A DNA stretch of 53,821 bases, taken from a virus. Its lineage: Duplodnaviria; Caudoviricetes. Below the pieces are notes generated by a model. That model saw only the letters and a list, made by a program, of their open reading frames with translations, was not told where the DNA came from and made no database searches. This document shows positions 19,252 to 27,315 of this stretch, in pieces; position 1 is the first letter of the stretch; each line of letters opens with the position of its first letter. Both the position numbers and the translations under genes were made by a program. The DNA is taken from positions 1-53,821 of the IMG/VR virus record IMGVR_UViG_3300006124_000002; one strand, written 5' to 3'.

Positions 19252-19623
19252 TTAAGATGTTGGATTTGATGGTTTAGCAGGAGGAGTCTTAACTGCTGGA
19301 GGAGTCTTGTATAGCTTCTGCAACGATGCGGAAATATCTTCTGGTGTAGATCCAAGTAGTTCAGTCAATCGGTTGTTGACATCAGTATCGGTAAACTCTC
19401 CAGCGGCATCGTATGCGGCTCCAGACCAAAGATTGACCACAAGATTGACCTTTTTGATGATGGCAAAGGCAATCTTTTTGGAGTTGTCATAGGTGACTTG
19501 ATAATCAAGATCCCCAGTAATTGTTATTGGATCAAAAGTTTTTACCATTCCATCCTTTTGGGTAAGGGGAGGAGGTGTAACAACTATGGTTTTTGGTGTT
19601 GGGGCTATAGGAAGAAGGCTCAT
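19252..19623 (-). CDS. Hypothetical virion-associated protein, 123 aa
   Basis: Follows the spike gene; contains an LWSGAAYDAAGEFTDTDV motif. Confidence 0.55.
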   Translation of the reverse strand: MSLLPIAPTPKTIVVTPPPLTQKDGMVKTFDPITITGDLDYQVTYDNSKKIAFAIIKKVNLVVNLWSGAAYDAAGEFTDTDVNNRLTELLGSTPEDISASLQKLYKTPPAVKTPPAKPSNPTS

Positions 19624-19626
19624 AAG

Positions 19627-22152
19627 TTATTTGTTAATATAAAACGGCAGTTTCAACAATGACGAAACTCCAAAAGGATTGGTTTTCCCAAGAATGTAGT
19701 TGAGTGGGAATGGGAAGTTCAGCATCACAAAAATGTTTACCGTGGGTTTGCTGGTAGCACCATGATAAGTAATGGTTCCAAGAACGGTAGCTTGGAGGGG
19801 TGTCTGTGCCGGGTAGTAAACATTTGCGTTGCCTGTAATCAAACACACAGGGATTCCGCTTGCTCCCGTATTTTGGACAAAGATGGCATTTCCTGTCACA
19901 GTTGCTCCAGACTGCATGAAGTCCGTCCCTTGGAACTTCCAAGTCGTAATGACATTGTTTGCGGAGTCGTAGGTTAATCCATTGACCGGGCCGTTTGCAT
20001 ATCCCGTAATGTCTACAGCAACACCGCTGGTTGCAGTAACATAACGGAAACGAGCATTTCCAGTAACCAATCCAATGTTGATTGAGGTATCATTAAAGTC
20101 TCCGTTGGATATTGCTCCTACATATCCTGTAAATGGATATGTGCGTCCTGCCCCGCTATTGTAAAGGGCAGTTACTTCAGATTGGGACAAGGCACGATTC
20201 CAAATACCAATTTCATCCATCTGCCCATTAATAAAATAAGCTCCATCATTTTCTGAACCAAACAAACTTCCAGATGTGTTTCTAATATTAACAACATCAC
20301 CACTTGTAGAATTAAAGAAAACTTGTGTTCCATCCAAATACACAGCAACAGTTCCACCATTAACTTTTCCAGTTATAATAACATTATGCCAATTTGAATC
20401 AGAAATTGTTGCACTTGTTGAATATCCAGTTGGGCTACCTCCATATAAAGCAAGCGCAATAACTCCAGATGGATCAAGATAGCATTGCATTGCCAAAGAT
20501 GGAATTGTTCCGCAAAAAACTTGGTAAGTTCCAGTTGCTGGATTAACAAACTTTACCCATTGAGAAATAGACCATTCTCCAGTTGTTTGATTAGAAAGTG
20601 TTGGAATGCCAAGTGTATTTGTTCCATTAAAAACAGCATCTCCTCCAATAATTCCAGTTCCTAAAGCAACGCCACCATTGTTAGTTAGCGTGTTTCCATT
20701 TCCAGTAGAATCTAAAAGACTTACTCCACCAGATCCATTGTTGTTAAGATTCCAATATGCCAATGCTCCAGCAGTCAAAGGATCACCACCAATTACTCCT
20801 TGGTTTTGGGAAGCATCGTGGAAAGATGCCGTAGTGCCTCCAGCAGTTCCTACTTGTCCAGAGTTGTAGGAATTTCCATAGAAAGCACTTGTTCCAGTTA
20901 CAATGCCAGCATTGTGGGAGTTGTCTCGGAAGGTAAGAGATATATTATATCCAGTACCGGGATAACTGATTGTTCCGTTATTGTAGCTGTTGTTAAAAAA
21001 CTGAACAGTTCCATTGGTTAGCGTTCCAGCATTGTAACTGGAATCATAAAAATATACTTGTTGAGCATTTCCTCCAGTAGACCCTGTGCTGGTAAAAAAC
21101 GATGTGTTATAAAAATACGCATCTCCAAAAATTGCTATAGGAATAGCAAATTGAGTAGGGCCATGAAGATATAGTGCTAGAAGAGATGCGCTTCCAGATG
21201 AGTCTTGTGTAGGCCAGCAGTCAAAGAAAGTTACTTGGTCATCATTTGCGGCAGTAGGGATAGCGTTTCCGCTAATTCCATCATTGCCAAACCAGTTTGT
21301 ATATTCATTCCATTCACCGTTAAATTGTCCTCCCGGCCCGTAATCACTAAAATAGACACCATATCCAATATAAACTGCCCCTCTATTACTATTTGTATTA
21401 TATTGCCCACCAACTACCACATTAGGATTTGGATAAACTACGAAAGGAAGATAATCTAATGTTCCAAAGTTTTGGGAGTAGTCATGAAAACTAGCACTTC
21501 CAAAAATATAACTATAATTAGCTGTGGAATTGTAAAAACGAATATCTATATCTCCTTGAGTTCCTCTTTCATTTTCCATGTATCCATGAAAATCAGTATT
21601 AATAAAATTAACAATTTGAATTAAATGATTAGCAGAGTCATATGCTCCTCCATCAGCCCACCCAACTCCATATCCAGTAACATCAGTTATTTGCCATATC
21701 CCACCATTTAATGTTGCCGTAAGGTAATTAAATTTTGCAGTTCCAGAAACCCCATACCCACAATATGAAGTATTATTAAATATAGCGTTTCCAGCTAATC
21801 CATTATTATTTGATATTAAAGGAGAAGAAACTGGATCTGTATAAGAATTACCATTAAATGTGGCTAAATTACAAGCCAATCCATATCCATAATTTGGATT
21901 AATATTAGTTGCTAAATAAGTATTGTTATTAAATACTGCTGTATTAACTCCTATAACCCATGATTGTCCTCCATCTCCGGGTGTTGTAACATAGCTACTA
22001 TCTCCAAAAATTGGAGTCTGGACAATAATATTGTCCGTAGCAACAGGCAATACGCCAGCAGGAACCGTAGCTCCTACATTTGTCCACCAGTTAGCGGTGT
22101 TCCCGTAATCACCATCCCCGCTTACTGTAGCGTTAAAATAAAGCGTTGCCAT
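19627..22152 (-). CDS. Tail spike / receptor-binding protein: beta-helix-like repeats plus a LamG (concanavalin A-like) domain, 841 aa
   Basis: Repeats of F(Y/H)D.S.N.G; LamG pattern AYWNLN...WSISQWVK...WHNV...VYLDG...GQMDEIGIWNRALSQSEVTALYN at about 20130-20770. Confidence 0.7.
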   Translation of the reverse strand: MATLYFNATVSGDGDYGNTANWWTNVGATVPAGVLPVATDNIIVQTPIFGDSSYVTTPGDGGQSWVIGVNTAVFNNNTYLATNINPNYGYGLACNLATFNGNSYTDPVSSPLISNNNGLAGNAIFNNTSYCGYGVSGTAKFNYLTATLNGGIWQITDVTGYGVGWADGGAYDSANHLIQIVNFINTDFHGYMENERGTQGDIDIRFYNSTANYSYIFGSASFHDYSQNFGTLDYLPFVVYPNPNVVVGGQYNTNSNRGAVYIGYGVYFSDYGPGGQFNGEWNEYTNWFGNDGISGNAIPTAANDDQVTFFDCWPTQDSSGSASLLALYLHGPTQFAIPIAIFGDAYFYNTSFFTSTGSTGGNAQQVYFYDSSYNAGTLTNGTVQFFNNSYNNGTISYPGTGYNISLTFRDNSHNAGIVTGTSAFYGNSYNSGQVGTAGGTTASFHDASQNQGVIGGDPLTAGALAYWNLNNNGSGGVSLLDSTGNGNTLTNNGGVALGTGIIGGDAVFNGTNTLGIPTLSNQTTGEWSISQWVKFVNPATGTYQVFCGTIPSLAMQCYLDPSGVIALALYGGSPTGYSTSATISDSNWHNVIITGKVNGGTVAVYLDGTQVFFNSTSGDVVNIRNTSGSLFGSENDGAYFINGQMDEIGIWNRALSQSEVTALYNSGAGRTYPFTGYVGAISNGDFNDTSINIGLVTGNARFRYVTATSGVAVDITGYANGPVNGLTYDSANNVITTWKFQGTDFMQSGATVTGNAIFVQNTGASGIPVCLITGNANVYYPAQTPLQATVLGTITYHGATSKPTVNIFVMLNFPFPLNYILGKTNPFGVSSLLKLPFYINK

Positions 22153-22160
22153 AAGTTGTC

Positions 22161-22400
22161 CTAGCTACGGACAACCGAAGTCAGATTGCCGCTACCATCG
22201 TAAGTAAGGGTCAATGTCAAAACGACACTACCATTGGCATCAAAATACTGAACCGTACCGGGATTGGTTCCCGAATAATTAGAAAGGGTAATGCTTGTCC
22301 AAGCTGGATTGGTTCCAGAGATAGCATTAAAAATCTGCCAATTTTGTTCACTACTTGTGGTATCAACAAATGGGGCGAATGCAAGAGGAGTATAAGACAT
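22161..22400 (-). CDS. Small virion protein, 79 aa
   Basis: C-terminal LTLTYDGSGNLTSVVRS beta motif. Confidence 0.6.
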   Translation of the reverse strand: MSYTPLAFAPFVDTTSSEQNWQIFNAISGTNPAWTSITLSNYSGTNPGTVQYFDANGSVVLTLTLTYDGSGNLTSVVRS

Positions 22401-22419
22401 GACAGATTATAGTTAGATG

Positions 22420-22445
22420 TAGCGGGGGCTTTTACACCCCCGCTA
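22420..22445 (-). terminator. Intergenic hairpin (terminator or stabiliser) after the capsid/decoration genes
   Basis: 9-bp stem TAGCGGGGG/CCCCCGCTA; no clear U-tract. Confidence 0.45.
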
Positions 22446-22458
22446 TATCAATCAGTTT

Positions 22459-23151
22459 TTACTGAAGAAGACCGACAACATACACATCACCCGTCAGCGC
22501 ACCAATGCGTCCAGCGGTATCAGCCGTGGAAGCCTCGGTCGTGAGGGAAGGATTGTAGTACGAGAAGGTCGTGCTAGTCGTGGAAATAACAGTAACAAAA
22601 CCGTTATAAGCTGCATTGCCAACCGTAAGAACCTTGACTTGAACACCAGGAACCAGCCAAGAAGGAACACTAGACACCGTGAGGGTGCTGATGTTGTTGG
22701 CAGTAACACGATTTGTAGTAGCCAGCGCAGGAATAGCGGCGGTGGTAACATTGACTCGCAGATACTGTGTAGCGGCGGCTCCATTACTAGGAATTGTCGT
22801 GGAAACAGGAACTTGTCCAAGGACATAACCGTTTCCGCTTGCGGCTTGTGCAGTAAGAAGCTGTTGCGACAAGTTTCCAATAGCATTTGGGCTAGTAGCA
22901 ACAGGTGCGGCAATCAGCGTTCCCGTAGCAATGTTTTCGTTGGTGGTTCCATTGTCAATGGCAACAACGGCTTGAGTGCCATTGGTTCCAAGGGCATTGG
23001 TGTAAACAATGAACGAAGCGGTGGGAATAAAAGTATTCTCATCGTAGTTAATGTTTCCAAGGTCATAAGTCCCGGTCTTTGTGAAATCGACCGAAAGAGG
23101 GCCGAAACGAACAAAGGTGAGATTATTAGGAGTGGGTTTAGGGACGGACAT
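22459..23151 (-). CDS. Capsid decoration / structural protein, 230 aa
   Basis: T/A/V-rich beta protein downstream of the MCP. Confidence 0.5.
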   Translation of the reverse strand: MSVPKPTPNNLTFVRFGPLSVDFTKTGTYDLGNINYDENTFIPTASFIVYTNALGTNGTQAVVAIDNGTTNENIATGTLIAAPVATSPNAIGNLSQQLLTAQAASGNGYVLGQVPVSTTIPSNGAAATQYLRVNVTTAAIPALATTNRVTANNISTLTVSSVPSWLVPGVQVKVLTVGNAAYNGFVTVISTTSTTFSYYNPSLTTEASTADTAGRIGALTGDVYVVGLLQ

Positions 23152-23171
23152 ATTTTTTAGTTTGTTAAGTT

Positions 23172-23504
23172 TTAGTAGTAGCTAGGAGTGTTGTAAATGA
23201 CATTGTTCAGAGTATAGCTGACATAGACATTGTCCGATCCCACATCCGATACAACAATCGGGTTTGCGAGAGGGCCATTTCCAGACAGACTAGCAGAACC
23301 AACAAGAGAAACTCCATTGACCGTGCAAGATCCCGTTCCATTAGCCGTAACCGACCATGAAAGCGCACTTGTAGGAATGGTGAAACTATTGCCAGTTGTG
23401 ACTGAAACAAAGTACGGAGTCAACGGTTGCCCGTACCCTGCGTAAAGCAGGGCCGGGGCGTTGAGGACACTCGACGGAGCGTAATTAGCGTTATTGAGTG
23501 ACAT
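23172..23504 (-). CDS. Capsid decoration / structural protein, 110 aa
   Basis: Directly downstream of the MCP; beta-rich. Confidence 0.5.
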   Translation of the reverse strand: MSLNNANYAPSSVLNAPALLYAGYGQPLTPYFVSVTTGNSFTIPTSALSWSVTANGTGSCTVNGVSLVGSASLSGNGPLANPIVVSDVGSDNVYVSYTLNNVIYNTPSYY

Positions 23505-23523
23505 AGGATGTTACCGTATTTGA

Positions 23524-24933
23524 TTAGATGGGCTGGCTAACCGTGCTGGAGCAAGCGTAGCAATCCGGGGTGTATTGCGGGGCGTAGCTCGGAGACAGGG
23601 TGCAAGGAGCAGGGATGATGAGCCTGCTGGTGTTCAACCTGTGAAGGATTGAGTGCATCAGCGTAGGATCTTGGAACTGCATACCCATACGGAACTGGTT
23701 CCAGAAGAAACCTTGGTCACGCTTGATGTTGCACTCCCAATCCGGGTTCTTCCACTCCCAATCACCAGCGTAGTTCTGGGTCATGCCTTGGGCTTCACCG
23801 ATTCCGCTCTGGGACGGGCTGATCCACTTGATCATTGCCTTGTTGACCCAAGGGTTGGTGATTCCGAAGTCCGCATTGTTGTAAGCGGGGTTTTGGACAT
23901 ATTTGCAACCAAGCTCGGTCGTGACAGGGATGTACGGAAGAACACGCACCAGACGGGGCCAAGTGGTCGGATCATTCACATTGAAGGTAGGAAGGGATGC
24001 ATTGTACACCCAATCCACCGCAAGGCGAACACCGTTGATGTCGTTGCAGAAAGCGTAGTTTCCGATCACGCGATCAATACCCAAGGAGTACTGAAGTTGC
24101 TTGTCATCGAAATCGCTAACGCTCTCCCACCATCCACCGCTTTGCTTGGCATACTGCCAAAGCTGACGAAGGACACGGGCATCTGGAACGATCACCTCAA
24201 GAAGAGGGCGACCAGCGGCTTCAGAAACATCCAGACGATAAGCATCGTCCTCACGCTGAAGGTTGATGAGGATGTCATCAAGCGTATCAAGCGAGAGAAG
24301 GCCAATGTTACCAAGCTGGCTGGCAGGGAGTTTCACATAAACATAGCCCATGTTGAAGGAACCCTCGTTTGTTCCCTCGAAAGGCTGAACGATGAACATC
24401 TGATCATCTTCAGCAACGCAAGAGACAAGGCTCTGACCGTTGGAGATAGGAACCCACTTGTGACCAGCACCACCGATCCAGTTGGAACGGGCGAACTCCT
24501 CATGGACATTCTTGGTGATGTTGACATTGGTAGCCATGATGTGATCCATCTCCTCTTGAGGGAAGAGACGATACATGAAATCAGTAAGCTGATACCAATC
24601 GGTACGCATTGCCTTGGTGAAGAGGCTGAAGCTATACGATTCGGTTCCGGGGTGAGCAATCGTCTCAAACTGAACATCGTCAGCATTCTGGATGCAACGA
24701 CCACTTTGAACTTGCTCCCAAGGTTGATCGGGATTGTACCATCCACGACCGAAGCGGAATGCTTTCTGTGTCGGGAGAGTATTCAGAGGCCAAGTCTCTG
24801 TCTCAAGACGACCATAATAGATCGAATTGATTGCCATCTTTTTGATAAAAAACGGGTTGTAGTACGTCCTAGCCTCACGGAAGAGGGTATCGACATCTTG
24901 GCAACTCGAAAAAGTTACACCATTTTGTGCCAT
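23524..24933 (-). CDS. Major capsid protein, 469 aa
   Basis: Follows portal and scaffold, has strongly biased C-ending codons, a suitable size, and its own promoter and long leader. Confidence 0.75.
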   Translation of the reverse strand: MAQNGVTFSSCQDVDTLFREARTYYNPFFIKKMAINSIYYGRLETETWPLNTLPTQKAFRFGRGWYNPDQPWEQVQSGRCIQNADDVQFETIAHPGTESYSFSLFTKAMRTDWYQLTDFMYRLFPQEEMDHIMATNVNITKNVHEEFARSNWIGGAGHKWVPISNGQSLVSCVAEDDQMFIVQPFEGTNEGSFNMGYVYVKLPASQLGNIGLLSLDTLDDILINLQREDDAYRLDVSEAAGRPLLEVIVPDARVLRQLWQYAKQSGGWWESVSDFDDKQLQYSLGIDRVIGNYAFCNDINGVRLAVDWVYNASLPTFNVNDPTTWPRLVRVLPYIPVTTELGCKYVQNPAYNNADFGITNPWVNKAMIKWISPSQSGIGEAQGMTQNYAGDWEWKNPDWECNIKRDQGFFWNQFRMGMQFQDPTLMHSILHRLNTSRLIIPAPCTLSPSYAPQYTPDCYACSSTVSQPI

Positions 24934-25025
24934 ATAATTAAATTGTTGTTGGTTTGGTTATGTGCCTCAAAGAAGTCGCCTTCTCCAAAACACGGTTTTG
25001 GTTTGAAGCGACTGGCAACCTCGCA

Positions 25026-25139
25026 GGATCTTTGTTTTCCAATTGCTGATGTCAACCTCACACCCCGCTTATTTTTTTACATCGGTCGCTATCCGATACG
25101 GTGCTTTGGCTGAAATCAGTAATTGTTAAAACAATGACC
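25026..25139 (-). ncRNA. Long rod-like hairpin in the MCP 5' leader (candidate cis-regulatory RNA or processing site)
   Basis: Nested complementary blocks on the minus strand: GGTC/GATC, TTGTTTT/AAAACAA, CAATT/AATTG, CTGAT/ATCAG, TCAGCC/GGTTGA, GCACC/GGTGT. Confidence 0.5.
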
Positions 25140-25151
25140 AATCCAGATGTT

Positions 25152-25185
25152 GTGACGATTATAAGAAAACTCAAAAGTCGTCAAC
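25152..25185 (-). promoter_or_regulatory. Sigma70-like promoter for the MCP transcript
   Basis: TTGACG...TATAAT on the minus strand (15-nt spacer, short) just upstream of the structured leader. Confidence 0.45.
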
Positions 25186-25684
25186 TATATTTTTTTATGT
25201 ACTCAATTGCTTTAGAAAGAAGCTCAACGGAATCTTTAAGTTTTCCTATTCCTGTATTGCATTCTACACACAATAGACCCCTTACCTTTCCTGTCCTGTG
25301 GCAATGATCAACTGATAATGCATATCCAGATGGACAACTTTTATTGCAGATCTGGCATACACCATTTTGTGAAATCAGCATTTGGTTGTACTCATCAAGA
25401 GTAATTCCATATCTGTATTTCAAAAATTGATTTCTATATTTTGTGGGATTTTTTTTGTAAGACTCTCGACTTCTTTTCAGTATTTTTTCTCTGTTTTTAA
25501 GCCTCGTTTTGTCCAAATGAGCTTTAATTTTGTCTGTATTTTCGGATGCCCATTTTCTTTTTGCATCTTTCATTTTGGCAAATGTGGATGGTTTCATCCA
25601 GCATTCACCATTCTTGCTATTTTTATCGTAACGATAAAATATTTTGCCATCATCTCTAATGGCTCCTCTTTTAAGATCTCCCAT
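25181..25684 (-). CDS. Endonuclease VII-family (His-Me finger) free-standing homing endonuclease
   Basis: YGITLDEY...QNGVCQIC...LSVDHCHRTGKVRGLLCVECNTGIG; AT-rich relative to its flanks. Confidence 0.9.
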   Translation of the reverse strand: MGDLKRGAIRDDGKIFYRYDKNSKNGECWMKPSTFAKMKDAKRKWASENTDKIKAHLDKTRLKNREKILKRSRESYKKNPTKYRNQFLKYRYGITLDEYNQMLISQNGVCQICNKSCPSGYALSVDHCHRTGKVRGLLCVECNTGIGKLKDSVELLSKAIEYIKKYS

Positions 25685-27006
25685 TACTTATTGCGAAACT
25701 TGGCAAAAAGGGCGGCAGGAGTACGTTCTTCAACGTCTTGTGCTTTGCCAGCAGAAGATGATCCGATTGTGCCTTCACTTGTGGAAGACCCTCTCATCTT
25801 CTTAATTGTTTCTTGCAATTCAGCAATTTGTTTTTCTTGTGCAAAAGAATAAGCCTTTAGTTTTTTATATTTCGAGCCTTGGGTAAGAACCTTCGTTATT
25901 TGTTCTGGAGCATAATTGCTATTTTCACGCAATGCGGCTTCAGCAATCATCTCATCTTCCGTTGTGTCATCATCAATGCTTTGTGATGCAATGATCTTGG
26001 CGATCTCTTCCGGGTATTTTACGGAATCTTCAAGCGACTGTTTGGCTTGAATAAAAGCATCTTGCCAACGCTTTTGAATTTGATTCTTGCTCATGGATGC
26101 ACGACGAGCCTTTTCCTCATCAGCCTGTGCTTTGGTTACTTCCCAATTTTGGAGAGCATTGATACGAGCCTCGACTTTGCCAAGTACATCGTAAGCCGTG
26201 CTATTGAATTTAGCCTGTTCCATAGGAGACAGATTCTCGTAGATGGAATTAAGAGTCTGTTTGGAAATCTCACGCTGTCTGACTCGTTCATTTGGATCTT
26301 GAGTGCGGAGTGATGTTTCGTATGCGGCAACTGCTTTCTCAAATTCGGTGATGCTGGTCTGATCATCACCAATGATCATTTTGACTTGGTTGTAACCGTT
26401 TAGAATTGGCGCATCATAGCTTTCCTTAAAGACAGGATCAGCAGGGAGATTAAGGAATGCGTTTGCCTTGCGAAGTTGCTCAAGATCGTTTGTGAGGGAT
26501 TCTTCACGCTCCTGCTTTTCCTTGACTGCCAATTCCAATTCTTTCTGGAGCTTCTCCATTTGCTTCTTGGTTTCGGAGTCATCAATCTTTGCCCGAAGCT
26601 CCTCGATTTCAGCTTTCGATTTCTCATATTCTGCAACCTTTGATTTGAGTTCAGCGGCTTCTTTAGCAAGCTGTTCATTGGTTTGTTTAAGGGATTTGAT
26701 GTATCCCGGCTTTTTCTCATCATCAACAAGCGAAGATTTGACTTCTGGTTCAGGACGGTTTTCTTCCGCTTCAAGTCTAGCTTGCTTTTCTTCATCAACT
26801 TTTTCTTGGAATGCAGACGAATCTTGATTGAGCTTCTCTGCCATCTTTTTGAAAAGATCAGATGGATTACCCTTGGGGGCTTCACTCATCTTTCCCTTAA
26901 AAAAGTTATCCGCTTGCTTTACAGCGGCATCCCTCGCGGCTTTATCAGCGGCAGATGCGGCGGTAAGATTAGGATTCAATGCGGGTTCAGCTACAGCTTC
27001 AGACAT
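25684..27006 (-). CDS. Capsid scaffolding protein, 440 aa
   Basis: E/K-rich coiled coil between portal and MCP, with a short C-terminal helix (ALFAKFRNK). Confidence 0.65.
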   Translation of the reverse strand: MSEAVAEPALNPNLTAASAADKAARDAAVKQADNFFKGKMSEAPKGNPSDLFKKMAEKLNQDSSAFQEKVDEEKQARLEAEENRPEPEVKSSLVDDEKKPGYIKSLKQTNEQLAKEAAELKSKVAEYEKSKAEIEELRAKIDDSETKKQMEKLQKELELAVKEKQEREESLTNDLEQLRKANAFLNLPADPVFKESYDAPILNGYNQVKMIIGDDQTSITEFEKAVAAYETSLRTQDPNERVRQREISKQTLNSIYENLSPMEQAKFNSTAYDVLGKVEARINALQNWEVTKAQADEEKARRASMSKNQIQKRWQDAFIQAKQSLEDSVKYPEEIAKIIASQSIDDDTTEDEMIAEAALRENSNYAPEQITKVLTQGSKYKKLKAYSFAQEKQIAELQETIKKMRGSSTSEGTIGSSSAGKAQDVEERTPAALFAKFRNK

Positions 27007-27030
27007 ATTTTTTGTGGTTGTTTGTGGTTG

Positions 27031-27315
27031 TTATTTGCGACTAGAAAGTTCTTCTTGAGTCAAGGAGTCATCAAGATCGGGATCAAGATCCAAGTCGTGT
27101 GTGCTTACCCTTGAGACAACGGATTTAGGTCTCTCAATCTTCTCAAATTTATTGTCTTCTGCTTCCGTTGCCCACTCTTGGAGTGTCTTGAATACAGCTA
27201 CTACGGTTGCGTGGTCTTTGTTGACCAACTCCTCATAGATTGCCGTCTTTAGATCCGAATACCTTTTATCGTTTACGATAGATGCCGATAGGTTTGTTGC
27301 GTTAATGTCAGCCAT
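27031..27315 (-). CDS. Hypothetical protein, 94 aa
   Basis: ORF overlapping the portal stop. Confidence 0.7.
   Translation of the reverse strand: MADINATNLSASIVNDKRYSDLKTAIYEELVNKDHATVVAVFKTLQEWATEAEDNKFEKIERPKSVVSRVSTHDLDLDPDLDDSLTQEELSSRK

Noticed and set aside
14966-22152. Diversity-generating retroelement acting on tail fibres
   Set aside because: No reverse transcriptase and no template/variable repeat pair with adenine-specific mismatches were seen.
23653-25113. 486-aa plus-strand ORF antisense to the major capsid gene
   Set aside because: It is codon-aligned with a strongly biased gene that rarely creates antisense stops, and shows no recognisable motifs; a shadow ORF.
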